Part shown: piece after piece, positions 13,467-26,504 of the stretch | Layout of the letters: every line of letters begins with the position of its first letter | Numbering within the stretch: position 1 is the stretch's first letter | Assembly (NCBI GenBank): GCA_045837725.1 | Contig: JBEWZL010000270.1 | Coordinates: forward strand, 62,001-126,000 | Source of the DNA: Vermamoeba vermiformis | Taxonomy: Eukaryota | Reading direction: 5' to 3' | DNA length: 64,000 nucleotides | Position numbers and translations under genes: made by a program | The notes under the pieces: generated by a model | The model's database searches: none | Told to the model about the DNA's origin: nothing | The model's input: only the letters and a program-made list of their open reading frames with translations

Positions 13467-14588
13467 ATGGATCGTGAATATATTATTTGTTTTGGTGACT
13501 CGCAAACGCATTACGGGATGCAACTCAAAGGATGGACGTCCCTCCTACAAAGTGCCTTGTATTCCATGGACGTATTTACCAGAGGCTTTTCAGGTAATTA
13601 ATTAGAGTCTGCTCGAAGCCCATGAGTTTTAAACTGTCGGACGAGCATTCTTTTTTCAGTGGCTTGCTTCATCTAATTTTTGTTTAAGCAATTACAATTT
13701 TATAATACTATACATAGGATATACAACACGGTTAGCGACTCATTTGTTGCCCACAATTTTTCCTACACGAGATGTCGCGCCAAAACTTGTATGACAGTTT
13801 TTAAACTTAGAAAACCCTCGAGCATCTCCTTATTATTATTTTGTATTAAAAATAGGTTACAGTTTTTTTTGGAACGAATGATGCCTCAGTTCTTGAACAA
13901 GTAAGCAATAATTTTCGAAACCGTTTTGCTAACTTACCCTCAGCACGTTCCCCTCGAGGAGTGCAAGAGCAATTTAAAGCACATTGTTCAACACATTAAG
14001 AAGGTGTACAATAACAAATCGAAAATCGTTGTTATTGCACCTGGCCCGTTCTTCCCGGCAGATGAATCTTCAGCGTTACGCACCACGAATGAGATTCATC
14101 GTCAATATGCCCAAGCTTGCGTAGAAGTAGCTAAAGACGAGGGTTGTGGTAAGCACGAGAGTATATTAATATAATGAAGCGTATAATCGAGTTGCAAGTG
14201 GCACAAGATCCGGATCCAACATCAACTATTTTTCCTTTTTTTATTGCCGTTAAATATCTGTTATCAATAGAGACCGTTGATATCGATAATATGGTGCTAA
14301 TATTTGTATTGTGTAGCTTCGATCAATCTCTGGGAGCTTATGAGCGCGAGTGAAGATCACGGCAGAAAATATTTGGCGGCTGATGGCTTGCATTTGAGTC
14401 TTGCGGGCCACCATTTACTCTTTGAGGAGGTATATAAACATTTTACTAAAGAAGAAATCGAACGCTTGGTACAGCTCCCGTTGTGGCGAACATTCAATTT
14501 GAAAGATCCGTCGAGCAATGTAGCACAGATTCAAACACATCAGGAGAATTTTAAGATGCTTAGAAATTGGACTAATGATTGTAAGTGA
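13467..14588 (+). CDS. IAH1: SGNH/GDSL esterase, IAH1-like
   Basis: ILFGDSQT (block I), RGFSGYNT (block II), FFGTNDA (block III), DGLHLS (block V) across spliced exons. Confidence 0.85.
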
Positions 14589-14868
14589 TCTCATAACTAT
14601 TTTTGTACATTATAAACACGTAAGGCTTTTCTAAAGATCTCGATCCAATTCCGAACAAGCTACAGATCCATAAAAACTGTTTCTTGCATGTGTTGGCGCA
14701 GTACGCATCAATGTTTTGATCGAGCGACTGATGCGAATTATTTTAGGGTTTTGCTGAGATCTCGCCGCTCGATCCGCGAAATTTCTAATTCGCCTTTTCG
14801 CCACCCCGGCGGTGCGGAACGGGCCAATGCAACAAATATTTTGTACATAGCACAACGAAGCAACTAAA

Positions 14869-17585
14869 ATGGCGCCACCAATAATGGCAGTCCCGCCAGA
14901 GATCCTGCAACTCATTTTGGCACATCTAGGGGTTGGAGAAGTAGTATCGTGTACCCAAACCTGCAGCAAATGGAATTCGTTACTACAGGATGATTGGTCG
15001 TTCTTAGAGCAGCTAGATTTATCGCATTATTACAAGGTAAATGAAGATCAGACTAATGTCATTTCAATTCGAATTTAATGCAAACCGTTTGCTCCGTTTT
15101 ACGATCAAATTAACTTTTTATGACCTATTACTTATTATTGCAGCACCTTTAATTATTAATTAGCGGTCTACGAAATTTTCAGACCCACGCGATCTCGCGA
15201 CTTTGTGCGTTGAAGCACAAAACTGTTACTCACGCTTTGAATTTGTATTTAGGCAATTACACCGAAAGTATTCGAGTCGATCGTGAGTAGATTCACTAGG
15301 ACGGGTCATAATCTTCGAGTCTTAAATTTAAAATTGTGCGTAAACTTGGACGAAACCTCGATCCGCCTCGCTATTTCAAGATTCCCCAAGTAAGATCTAT
15401 GCCACCATTTTTAAAATATTACTAATAATATCTTGCACATGATCAATCAAAAAATCTTGGCACGATTCTCGACTAATTTTTTTTGTACATTAGCATTGAA
15501 GAGTTAAATATTAGCTATTGCAAACTAATTACCGTACGTAATGTTTACATTTAATGTATTCTTCATCGTATTCACATCGTTTTATCGCTTAGCACAATGC
15601 GATCGAAGAAGTTTTGAACAACTGCTGCAAACTAAGGAATTTTTATTTCAAAGTTCGATTTACAAATGGATATTCTATGAAGGTATAGTTGAATATTCAT
15701 GCTGAAAATGGTACGCGTTGTTCCTGGACTAAAGTTACTGTATTGCAGAATCTACTGAAAATTGTGGCGAATGCAAAGAATGACCGACTTGAGTGTAAGT
15801 ATTAATATGAAGGATACATTAGATAGAGTTCATATTAACCAAAGACACGTGGATCCATAATAGTACTATTTCCTTTTATGGTAAAGTTCGTTTTAACGTC
15901 TTTTTATTCAGCGCTGGTACTTCCTTATCACGTGTTTCCTATCACCGCTGCTTTGCCAATCTTTGAGCGATATCCTAAATTAGCCGTCGATCCTTATTTC
16001 ATCAAATACGTGATCCGACACGTCGTTGAGAGTGACACAATTTCAATCAAAGGTACGAGATGATATGATATTATAATGACCTATAATATATGCTAATGTT
16101 TGGTAGATGCTGAGTTGTTGTACCGCCGTGCCCTTGCTGTAAATAATCCCGCGGTGGTTCAAGCATTGCTCGTGTTCAATCCGTTCTTGGTACGTCACTT
16201 CGAGACTCATTTTCACTCGTACTTATATTCATTGACTAATGTTCATTATTTCAGTGGAGTGTTAATCCCGAGTATATTTCAAAAATAGTCGAGAAAGCTC
16301 AAGAATTGATGGATCAACATATTTATAGTACGTCAAAGTTGACGCTTGACACGTGTCAAATATATTTTTCTGAAATTAAGCCACAATGCGATGCGTCCAA
16401 TATTGTTCTAATGCTTCTTTTATGATAGTGAAGCGATATTTGCTGAATTTTATGGAAGATAACATTCACTTGCTGAACTACGAACAACGTCAATTGAAAA
16501 ACAGATTGAAAGAAAACGAGGCTGAAATTGATCGACAAACCGAACAGTTTTATACTGATAAGCACTACAATAAGTAAGTACACTCTTTTCCGCTTAGGAC
16601 CTTATACATACCAAGAGTTACTTGCTCATGATGAATTATTAACAGATTAATGGAATATAAAAAGCATCCGCGTGCTTACAAATGTCTCAAAATGGGCGAA
16701 GCGGAAAAATTTGACCGACTAACAAGATCCGGTACGCATTTTCAGAGTATACTCTGTTGATGTTGAAACTCTTTCTCATCATTTATATGATTATTAGGCA
16801 AACTCCAAGAGGCAGAAGATTTTATTCAAAAGACAGTTTACTCGCTGTCCATTACCAAGCGCAAAATGAAAAAATTGAAGCTGTTACGTGCGCTGGCCTA
16901 TCATCGACGGGGCAAATTGGAGATGGCTTTTGATGTATATTTGGAACTACTCAAGTTCGAATGGAAGAGTCAATCTTATTTATATCAATGTAAGTGCTTG
17001 AATCGGATGCGGATCTAGCCGGTAGTTTCGAGTCCGAAATTTTGATATCGATTTGGTTATTAGGCATATGGGCGGCTTATCACGCAGCAAAATTATTAAA
17101 ATATGAAGGTAACGATTGGCGAAAGCAGGCATTTCTTAATAAGGAAATTTATTCTGACGTTGAATTCTCAGAACACGCACAAGCGATCCGAAAGAAGATG
17201 CAAGAAATAGGCCTAACTAATACATTAGTACGTAATATTATGTACGCATTTGACGAGTTAATATTAATTGAACTGTATTTAGAATTCTCAAGAGTTCGCA
17301 CAAGTTGAAAGATCCATCGAGTGCGGACAATGCACAGTAACGCATTTGAGCAATGTACCGTTGAAGACGAATCAATTTTGGTACTTTTGTTCTGACTGCG
17401 CATTGATTGATATGAGTGGTCTTTGCGCTACTTGTTCGCAGACTTGTACGTACTGGCTTTCTTCTGAGAAATTCCAACAAACGTTAATTCTAATGCAATT
17501 GTTTATTATAGGCCATGCTGGTCACAATACGTTCTATTATGACTTTAGGAACGACTGCTACTGCGATTGTAAAAACCACAAGTAA
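14869..17585 (+). CDS. F-box plus LRR protein with a helical/TPR-like middle and a C-terminal UBR-type zinc finger
   Basis: F-box VPPEILQLILAHL..VVSCTQTCSKWNSL; LRR-like LEQLDLSHY, IEELNISYCKLIT; C-terminus CT..QFWYFCSDC..GLCATCSQTCHAGH..DCYCDC. Confidence 0.7.
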
Positions 17586-17654
17586 ATCTGAAATGGATGA
17601 GCAAACCAGAAAGCATGTTAGTGCCCAGAAATAATGTAACATCATACAATAACA

Positions 17655-18245
17655 TTATACAGGGTTTATTGTGCGTTGATCGGATACAATAACGACTTCT
17701 GAGTGCTCAATGGGAGCGTACGGGTTACGTTGTCGGGATCTTTTTATGCAGCGACCCAACGCGGTCAAGCCAAAAATGAGAATGCAGCCTGCTACAATTA
17801 GAGTAATGATACCGATAGGAGCAGAGAAGAAGGGTCCAAGCGCTGTTTGGATGGTAAGTTCGACTTGGACATCCGCATTCATTAAAACATTATTTGTAAA
17901 GAATAAGACGGCTAGCTCCGAAAATACGACCATGCCGGAGCTGTCAAGCTTATGTTGCGTATTGAAGTCGGCTTTTGAAGGTGCCACATAATAATTTAAA
18001 GTTCCTGTCGGATTCGATTTCCAAAACTCATAACTTTGTTGGGTGGCTACGAATACAGTGAACGGAGAGTTGTTAGTGGACCAGCAGTTATAAGAAATAT
18101 CGATTGAACCGGATGGCAGGTGTTCCATAACTACGTAGCCAGCTGCGGGGATGCTGATCTGCTGTTTAATTGTCGTGCTGCCTTGAATTCGACCGAAGTT
18201 TACAGCCAGGCACACTAATGAGAGGAAGAGTGGAATGTTTTGCAT
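17655..18245 (-). CDS. Intronless type I membrane protein of unknown function
   Basis: Signal peptide MQNIPLFLSLVCLAV, beta-rich ectodomain, TM segment IGIITLIVAGCILIFGLTAL followed by basic residues. Confidence 0.7.
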   Translation of the reverse strand: MQNIPLFLSLVCLAVNFGRIQGSTTIKQQISIPAAGYVVMEHLPSGSIDISYNCWSTNNSPFTVFVATQQSYEFWKSNPTGTLNYYVAPSKADFNTQHKLDSSGMVVFSELAVLFFTNNVLMNADVQVELTIQTALGPFFSAPIGIITLIVAGCILIFGLTALGRCIKRSRQRNPYAPIEHSEVVIVSDQRTINPV

Positions 18246-18407
18246 TGTGGTGAGATGTTGCAACAGTTTGAATCGCGAATTGAATTGAATTGAATCTCCG
18301 TTTCGGGGATACAAAAGCCAGAAAGTTTTTCGGACAGAAAAGCTCGCAAAAATCTTTTTAGGATATTATTCTCTTAATCTAATATACAACAACAAGCTTC
18401 TTCAAAT

Positions 18408-18743
18408 ATGATCGGCAAATTTCTAATTCTTTTGGTGGTCTGTTGCTCTTGTGTCATGGGCAAGATATTCCTTAACATATACGGCAATGAATCCTGCAAT
18501 GGCAGACCAATGAAGCTCTATTCATTCACCAACGACCCTTCTCTATGTCAACCAGTCCAGTTACCAATCGGAAAGACGATCTACGTTTCGGGATTCTGCA
18601 GCGACAAGCAACTTAACGCCTATATCTGCGCCGACTCGAGCTGTCTTCAATGCCAATTAGCATCGGTGGTCGGAGAAAGTCAATGCGGCTCCGACTTGTT
18701 TGGAATTGGAGCTAGTGCCAATTACTACTGTTTGTGCGAATAA
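18408..18743 (+). CDS. Small secreted Cys-rich protein
   Basis: 111-aa ORF with a signal peptide and multiple Cys. Confidence 0.7.
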   Translation: MIGKFLILLVVCCSCVMGKIFLNIYGNESCNGRPMKLYSFTNDPSLCQPVQLPIGKTIYVSGFCSDKQLNAYICADSSCLQCQLASVVGESQCGSDLFGIGASANYYCLCE

Positions 18744-19033
18744 ATTCAACGCGGTAAATTCAATTTACTACTTTAGTCCATGAATTTGTGACCTATTTAA
18801 TAGGACGTTACCAATGATCAATTGTACGAGCAGCCTGTCAAGTCGTAAGAGAAATCATGCTTAGTGCCATCTGATCTGTCAATTCGCCCTTTTGCTACGA
18901 AAGAAAGACATAAGTTATAATACAAACTATCGATAAGAATTGGCTGAGCTATAACGAAGAGAAGTTGTATGTCCAAGCCTGTTATAGTAAGATCCTGCTT
19001 GTAGATCACAAACATTATAGCTTTTACGTCGAC

Positions 19034-19615
19034 TTACAATTTATTTTCATCAATTAGCTTTTTAATCAACGGAACATTAAATGGTCGTAGTGGCAGCGGC
19101 AAGGCAGCATGGTTGTCATTCGTCAAATAATCTTTAATCGATTCAACGGGTATCCAATGCATGTCTTGCGCTTCTCTGGACTCGGGTGCCTTTTGTTTCT
19201 CGTCTTGTAATTTTCTCCTTAATATTTCGACGCTTTGAACTTGTTGTGGATTCAGATGCACCACAAAAAGGGTTGTTTCCTTTTTTGAAGGCGTTTTATC
19301 TTTTACCGACAGAGTATTTGAAATTTGGCTAGGAGTTAATATTATGCCCGTTTCTTCTCTGACTTCTCTCAAGGCTGTGTCGAAGAAAGGCGCTGAATCT
19401 AACCTCGGATCGTATTTTCCTCCGGGGAATTCCAGCTCGTGGGCCTTTCTTTTGTTATTTACATATGTTGGATTGCGTTCTAATAATAATACGTTATTAT
19501 TGTGCAGTAAAAGGCATCCTGCGCCATCTGGCAGTAAGATTTCTCTTTTTCGACGCTGGTAGACTATATAGCATCCTATAATTATAAAAACTAGCGACAA
19601 TAAATAAAAGATCAT
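19034..19615 (-). CDS. Nudix hydrolase with an N-terminal membrane anchor
   Basis: Nudix box FPGGK..DTALREVREETGI; hydrophobic N-terminus MIFYLLSLVFIIIGCYIVY. Confidence 0.85.
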   Translation of the reverse strand: MIFYLLSLVFIIIGCYIVYQRRKREILLPDGAGCLLLHNNNVLLLERNPTYVNNKRKAHELEFPGGKYDPRLDSAPFFDTALREVREETGIILTPSQISNTLSVKDKTPSKKETTLFVVHLNPQQVQSVEILRRKLQDEKQKAPESREAQDMHWIPVESIKDYLTNDNHAALPLPLRPFNVPLIKKLIDENKL

Positions 19616-19724
19616 CACTTGTTGCAATTCGATTGCTCTTTGACGCAAAATGAGATTTTTTTGGTTGGATGCAAAGTGGAGAAAAATCGAAGATCTGTCA
19701 AAAGTGTCGTTTCGAATTTAATAA

Positions 19725-21514
19725 CTACTGATCTGCCTTATACAGGTCCCTTTGGATCTGATATTTTTGAGTAAGACCTTTATAGGGCTCGTGATTTTTG
19801 TTCGATTGCAAGATCCACTCGTGTTTCAAAGCCTCTTGTACCGTCATACGATCTGGTTCTTTCGCTAACAATTTTGATATGAAATTTCGTGCCATAGGAG
19901 TCACGTGGCTGTCTTCTTGTTCATGAAAGGAGTAGTTGACCTTCATCACTGCTTCAACTTGATCTCGAGGGCTCTTATTGTAAAATGCGTAGCGTCCAGT
20001 AAGAAAAAAGTATACGAGCCATCCTATTTATAAAGATGAGATATCTATTATTGCCATTAAGACCCGATTCTTCTTTAAATTGAAAAGAACGAAATTTTTG
20101 GATCGGATGTACCACGTTTCAACAAAAATATTAACGCTATCAATGCATATATATACCTGCCGTCCACGCGTATGATTTATCCGTCCATTGTTGCGGCCCT
20201 TCAGGAGGCATGGTAATCAGGCCGAAGGCAGGACGATTACCACTAAAATCAAGCAGTGCTGAGTGGATTTTGATCTCGATCTAAAATGATATTGTTAACG
20301 TATTACTTTCTCATCGGTCAGTACTATTTAATTTAAAAACAAATTATTTTTGTAACGGATCCGTTTTCAAATTTGACCTGTTTTTGGAGTACCTTATCGT
20401 TCGGCAACAGATTCGCTCGGATGTTTTCAGTAAATATATAAGGTGAGCGTATTTGTCTATCAGTTAGCCACGCAAAAGCTGACAAAAGTTGTTCGGCAAT
20501 TTGGCAGATCTGTTTCCTTAATTAGTTAAAATATGCTCGTTAATCCTATCATAATTGTTGTAAAACATAATTTAGCTAGATATATATATATATATATACG
20601 AAATATAATGGGTATTGAGCAGGTCTAGGGAATGAAATTGGATCGAAAAAAAGATCTGGGCTTACATTAGCTTCAGTAACGAGATCGGGTCGTGCCATTA
20701 ATATATTCATAAGATAGTCATCCGTATATTCAAAAAATGCAATTGCTGTATCTCCTAATGACGGAGCTAATAGGAGATTTTGAGTTGCAAGGTTGCGATG
20801 AATTCGTTTTTGTTTGAAGTGCTGTTCGTAAATTCCTGAACGCATTGCCAGTAAATGAGTATTGCTTAGTCCCACGATCATTTTGGGGTTTCCAGGAAAA
20901 GTCTGAGGAGAAAGAAGATCAGATCAAAGGTTAATCGAAACAAATATTCTTAGTTAAGACTTAGCACTTAACATTGCAGCAGTAATTCGTGCTATAATTT
21001 GCTTACTATGGAATTTAAAATAAGTTGATTGTCTCTATTAGGCGTCAGTTTTGAAAACTCAGCAGGCACGGGTCTGAGCGGTTGGCCCTCTAGACGGAGG
21101 TAGTAATTACCATAGTAATCAGTCATCTTTTCAGTGATAAATATAGCCGCGTAACGCTCCAAAAACAAAATGAAGTAGTCTGGAAAAGAAAAAGCTTAGT
21201 TTCTGGCTCGATCCGTTTGCATCAGCTAGCTTACTTGTTTCTTCACTGAAGTATGAATATGACATTCCATATGATAGACATATTGACTTCCATACGATAT
21301 TACTCTTAAATATTTCTCGCCAAGGGCCACTCACCCTTTGACATCTAGAAAAAAGTTGGATTTGGAAATTAGAAAATATTCCTGAATTAATTATCAATAA
21401 ATTTCAATAATAATACTACAATATTAATGTATTGTGGCAAAATTACCTAATTAGATCGAGCGGATGCAGTAAAGTAATAATTTCAATTCGCAACTCCTCT
21501 GGTACGTGTTCCAT
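19725..21514 (-). CDS. F-box plus CAMK-like pseudokinase, multi-exon with an intact frame
   Basis: F-box MEHVPEELRIEIITLLHPLDLIRCQRVSGPWREI; kinase-fold segments HRNLA..FFEY..L, QIAEQLLSAFAWL..SPYIFTENI, IKIHSAL, MPPE, YAWTAGWLVYFFLTGRYAF, ARNFISKLL..PDRMTVQEALKHEWI. Confidence 0.7.
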
Positions 21515-21685
21515 TCATCAATATCCTGCAGTGTTATTTTGTTTCAACGAATGGTTATTGTGTTAGTACGGGACGGGCGGTTCTATAAGTCACCAAATTT
21601 TAAATCTTAAAAATTTTATCGACAAGAAAACTTCGCAATAAGTTTAACAGTACTGTAATAACGTATCAACAATGTATTATTGATT

Positions 21686-24259
21686 TTATTTCTTAGCTTT
21701 GGGCGTAAAAGTCAATTTAGGTTTGCTGCCAGCACTCTTCTTCGAGCCAGCGAGAGGTTTGTGTTTGGGCTGCGCAGTCGTTTGTTGCTTCGGTGTGTCT
21801 TGCGCCTTGGCCGGACTCGGATTTTTCTTCGAATCTGACTGCGGGGCCACTGCTTCGGGCTTTTTCGCGGGTGTTTTGACCGGTGCTGGCGCGGTCATTG
21901 GTGCAAATTCGGATTCGAGTTGAGTCGTTGTTTGTGGCTCTTCTTCGCTCGAGTCATCGTGCTCGATATTCTCAGAATTAATTCCAACTTCTTGTACGGA
22001 GCCACTTTCACCTGCAAATGAAAAAAACATCGTTAGAACAGAACACAAAAAAAATATCTTCGTCCGGTCGTGAAAAAATTTCATTATGACACGTGTCAAA
22101 GTGTCATATGGCTAAAGTCGTAAATAGAAGCAAGCTTCCATAAACAACTACGCAGTAACATTATCGGTGAAAAGTTAGCGCGAAAATAACGGATCTGATG
22201 TTGATATAGTTTTTGTTAGTACGTACTGTTCTCCTGTTCCATGCTGCTGTCGCCATCCTCCATCTCTTCGTCCATTTTGTAAAAGAATTCTTCTGTCGCT
22301 TCAACTGTCTCATTGCGCTTTAATTTGCCGATAATGGCGTCAAACTCTTTTTGGGCTTCTTGATCTGCGTTCAAAATAAAAATCAATCCCTGATATCTAA
22401 CACAACATATACATATAATATAGGCTATATAATTACCTGGAAAAGCGAGTTTGTAAGGGTCATGATTGACATCGAGTGTTGTGGATTTGATCCCGTCGAA
22501 AAATTTTAATTGACCATTAGCGTCTTGTTGAGTGCCGATGCCAGTAGTGACCATAATATTAGATACTTTATTGCTATAATGAATAATCTCGTTAATAGCT
22601 GATTATCGGTACTAGATCCAGATCAGATCGACTTACTTTCTGTCCTTTTTATCAGTTGACAGTGCTTGTTGAATGACTTGTGTAATTTCTAACACTTTAA
22701 CTTGTGCGATACGTGCGATTCTAAGTAAGATAATAAAATTAATAAAATGTCGAATCCAAGTGCGGATCGCATCTGCAGACTCAGATCTACGAAAGAAGCT
22801 CATTATATTTTCACTGAATAGCTTACTGTAATATATCTTCTACGGAAAGGGGCACTCCACCAGCTTTTTGAATAGCGCACAGTTCTCTATGAGCGTTCAA
22901 AGTCATTGAAATTCGACCGCTTTGGATCTTTTCTTCTTTCCATTCTGGATCTACAATAATTGTTTCTCTATAATACGATATTAGAGGGCATATGTTTTTT
23001 ATGTATTAGATTCGTACCCTTCGTTGAAGATGCCGAAGCTAATTGTGATAGGAATATGGTGAATGCTTAGAGGCACTAATTCTCGTTCTGTCGGTGAATG
23101 CTGCAAAAATAATTATTAAAATATTGCTAAATATAGAAAAACGTAGTAGGATTTAAATGTAATAAACTTTCATTGGTCAGAAGAGTTCGTAAAATGCAGA
23201 TCAATTTTCATGTTTCGAAATGAAAAGTCGTATCGAGTACTTACCACTATGACATTGCTACCATCAATAGTGAGATCTGGTCGTCTAAAGTGATGCAAAG
23301 AAGTAATTGCTGCAATGCTGCACGTGTCCATCAAATTGCCGTTGTCGTCCAGGATGTAAATGTCTGTTCGTACTGACCACACCTAATTGTCGCAATACGT
23401 TAATATAAACTCCAAATATACTATCCGGCGGCTATATTGAAAATATAATATAAATATAGAGTTATTTGCTATAGTGTTTGTATAAAAGTTTCGTGGATCA
23501 CGCGGATCGCGAAGTTGAAAAAAAAGGTCAGGTGATTGTGAGGCATTATATAATAAAGTATTAAATATAAATATGTTATTATGGCATAGTGGTACTATAT
23601 TTAATGCAATTTGAGTGTGTCGCTTGTTAGTACCTTTTCACCAGCAATAATACAAAGAGCTTCGGTATCAACTGCTCGTGATTCTCGCAGACCTCGTTCA
23701 ATAACGCGAATTAATTCAATTCCATGTGCTGATACTCTATTAAGAATATTATTAGCCGAATTTAGGAAGTTAAAGCAGATTCATTGCGATCAAGATCCTG
23801 ATCGCGTAATCAAAACGAATATTTTACCTTCCACCTTCGTATTTCTTGCTTGCCATAGGTGAAAATTCGACATTAAATGTGAAAAAGCCTTCTGTCGGTC
23901 GATCGCCGTACGGTTCTGTGATGTGACAAGTTGTTTTGGCAAAAACACTGCAGAATAATTGATAAATATTATTTTGCGACATAAATCAATATAAAAATAT
24001 TATTATCACGATTTTTAAGAGTACAGAGTGGTGAGATATTTTGATGTTAATTTTTGGTGCTAATCTGATAGTTAGCTTACCTAGTGCGTCCTACTTGAAC
24101 ATAAACGGTACCAAATTCTTCTCCGAATGTAATTTTTAACGGGCGAAAATCAAATAAAGCTCTACCATCAACTCTAATACTATTTCTGATCGCTTCTAAA
24201 ATGAAGTTCTTCTCATTGTTTGAGATTACATCGTCTTTGCGTGATTCTTTGGACGACAT
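21686..24259 (-). CDS. EXOSC9: Exosome complex component RRP45
   Basis: ISNNEKNFILEAIRNSIRVDGRALFDFRPL, PYGDRPTEG, AVDTEALCIIAGEKVWSVRTDI..DDNGNLMD, HFRRPD, PLSIHHIPI. Confidence 0.92.
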
Positions 24260-24415
24260 CGTGGTATTGTATATTGCCAATAATAGATAAAAGTTAGGAA
24301 GTTTTCGGTGGCCGAAAAATTGTTCGCAGATCGAGAGGTCGTTTTTTTCGCAGTCAAATATTTAAACGAACGTTGTCAGGTCATAATATTATTTTTGTCA
24401 ATAAGAGTCCCAAAC
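24260..24415. promoter_or_regulatory. Probable bidirectional promoter between EXOSC9 and PPAN
   Basis: Only 156 bp separate two divergent start codons of rRNA-processing genes. Confidence 0.5.
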
Positions 24416-26397
24416 ATGGGTAAAAGAGTAAGTTCTAATTCAGATCTCGTTTGGAAAATCCGATCTGATCACGATCTCAAAACTAAATTCGTTCGTTTGC
24501 ACATACTAACTCATAAATTATTTTCGTAATTATAGAAGAAGAAGCGCACGCATATTAAAGAAGTTGAGGATGACACTCTTACCAAGCAACCAAATACTTT
24601 TATCTTTAGACGAGGAAAAGTTGGTAAAACGGTCAAGGAATTGGTGGACGATATGCGACATGTTATGTTGCCTAACACGGCTATTAATTTGAAGGTAAAT
24701 TTAATTTATTTAATTTTTTCTGTTGATTTGGTTCAAAATCCAAATCTCGATCGCATCTTAGATCACCGCGAACCAATCAACTTCGTTATATTAAATAGCA
24801 AAAAATACGTTGCGAGTGCAGCAAATAGCTGCGAAGTATAGCGGCGTAATAAAAATCGTTTGTCGGTTTTCGCGATCGGCTTGAGCGATCTGAATCTGTT
24901 TCAACATTATCTAACGATGATATTTAGGAATCAAAAAGTAACAACCTTCGCGACTTTATTAACGTCGCCGGACCGTTCGGTGTCACTCACATGATGATTT
25001 TCTCGGCCACGGATCTGGGTACTTACATGCGCATTTTGAAGGTACTATCAACGTTCCCAAGACGACTTTATATTTATATCGTTAGTATGCACCAAGTATA
25101 TTCTAATCTATATGTTTATAGACTCCTCGTGGTCCTACATTGACGTTTAAAGTTAGCGAATACTCGCTCATCGCGGACATTCACAAACTCCAACAGAGAC
25201 CTCACAGCCCTGGTATTGAATACAAAGTGCCCCCAGTGGTAAGTCAACAACACCTATATACTATGGGTAGTATTGTCTAGTCCTAATAACGTGTTCAGTT
25301 GGTGTTGAATAACTTTGGATCCGAAGAAAACCACATGAAACTGATGGCGATCACGTTCCAGAATATGTTCCCTACGATTAATATTAACACAGTACGTCAT
25401 ATACTGCCCGGCTATATTACAACGGTGCCGTTCTGACCTTAATCCTAGATTAACTTGAACGACTGCAAACGTGTCGTGTTGATCAATTACGACAAAGAGA
25501 CGGGCATGATCGAGTTCAGACACTATTTGATTAAAGTTGCCGCCGTTGGTTTGAGCAAGAGCATCAAGCGAGTGTTGCAACAGCGCGTCTCTAGTCTCGA
25601 CAAGTACTCTGATATTTCCGAATACGTCTTGGGGTAAGTACATCCGTAAACCAGATTCGGATCCCATACGAATTATTTTGCTAATGAATTTTACTATAGT
25701 GGTACTGATGCAGCTGAGAGTGATGTTGAAGACGGTCCCGAGTCACACGTCGAAGTTACAAAGAAGACTAAGAAGGGTCAACGTGTTCAACAGAGCGCGA
25801 TCAAGTTGCAAGAACTTGGTCCTCGCATCAAGATGCAGCTCGTTAAGATTGAAGACGGTGTTTGTGACGGCGCAGTATTGCACCACGCTATTGTCAAGAA
25901 ATCTGAAGAGGAGATTGAAGCCTTGAAGGCACGCAAGGACGAAGAAAAGAAACTGAAAGAAGAACGACGACGCGAGCAAGAAGCACGTGTCCTTGCTAAA
26001 GGAGGCAAAATCAAGGTAAGCAATCATAATCTGCGTATTTTTAAGCGTTACAAGTTGTGGTAGATCTAACGAATTTTTTTTCAAGAAACGTAATGACGAT
26101 GTTGACGACGCTGACGACGAAGATGAGCCTTCTTCAGTATATGAACGTCCAGATGATAGCGCTAGCGAAAAAGAAGATGAAGGTATGGCGGATGTGGACG
26201 AAGACGTTGAATGGTACAGGCGTGAAATCGGAGAAGATCCGACCGAAGAGGATTTGAAGGCATTCAAGGCTGCTCGTGCCAAGGACGGTCAAAAGCGAGA
26301 GAAGTTCCATCCTACGACCTTTAAGAAGAGAAAGAGAGGTTCTCAGGGCGGCGACCAAGATGCGAAGCAACAAACCAAGAAACAGAAGACTAAGTAG
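24416..26397 (+). CDS. PPAN: Brix-domain ribosome biogenesis protein Peter Pan/SSF1
   Basis: MGKR/KKKRTH, DMRHVMLPNTAINLKE, VAGPFGVTH, PRGPTLTF, FQNMFPTIN, IEFRHY, IKLQELGPRIKMQLVKIEDG. Confidence 0.92.
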
Positions 26398-26504
26398 TCG
26401 CGTGATACTTGTAAAAATTTAAAGGTTAATTTATCGTAAACAATTCAAAGAAAAACCTCGATATGACAGCTAATCTTTTCTTGTCGGACAAAATCTAGCT
26501 TTAT

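Noticed and set aside
18818-19015. 65-aa minus-strand ORF downstream of the Nudix gene
   Set aside because: Short, no motif; probably UTR or intergenic sequence
20580-20598. (TA)n tract
   Set aside because: Ordinary intronic microsatellite
20770-20815. IHRNLATQNLLL read as a tyrosine-kinase catalytic loop
   Set aside because: Its position before the hinge (FFEY) and helix E fits the HPNIV segment; the true catalytic-loop position reads SPYIFTEN
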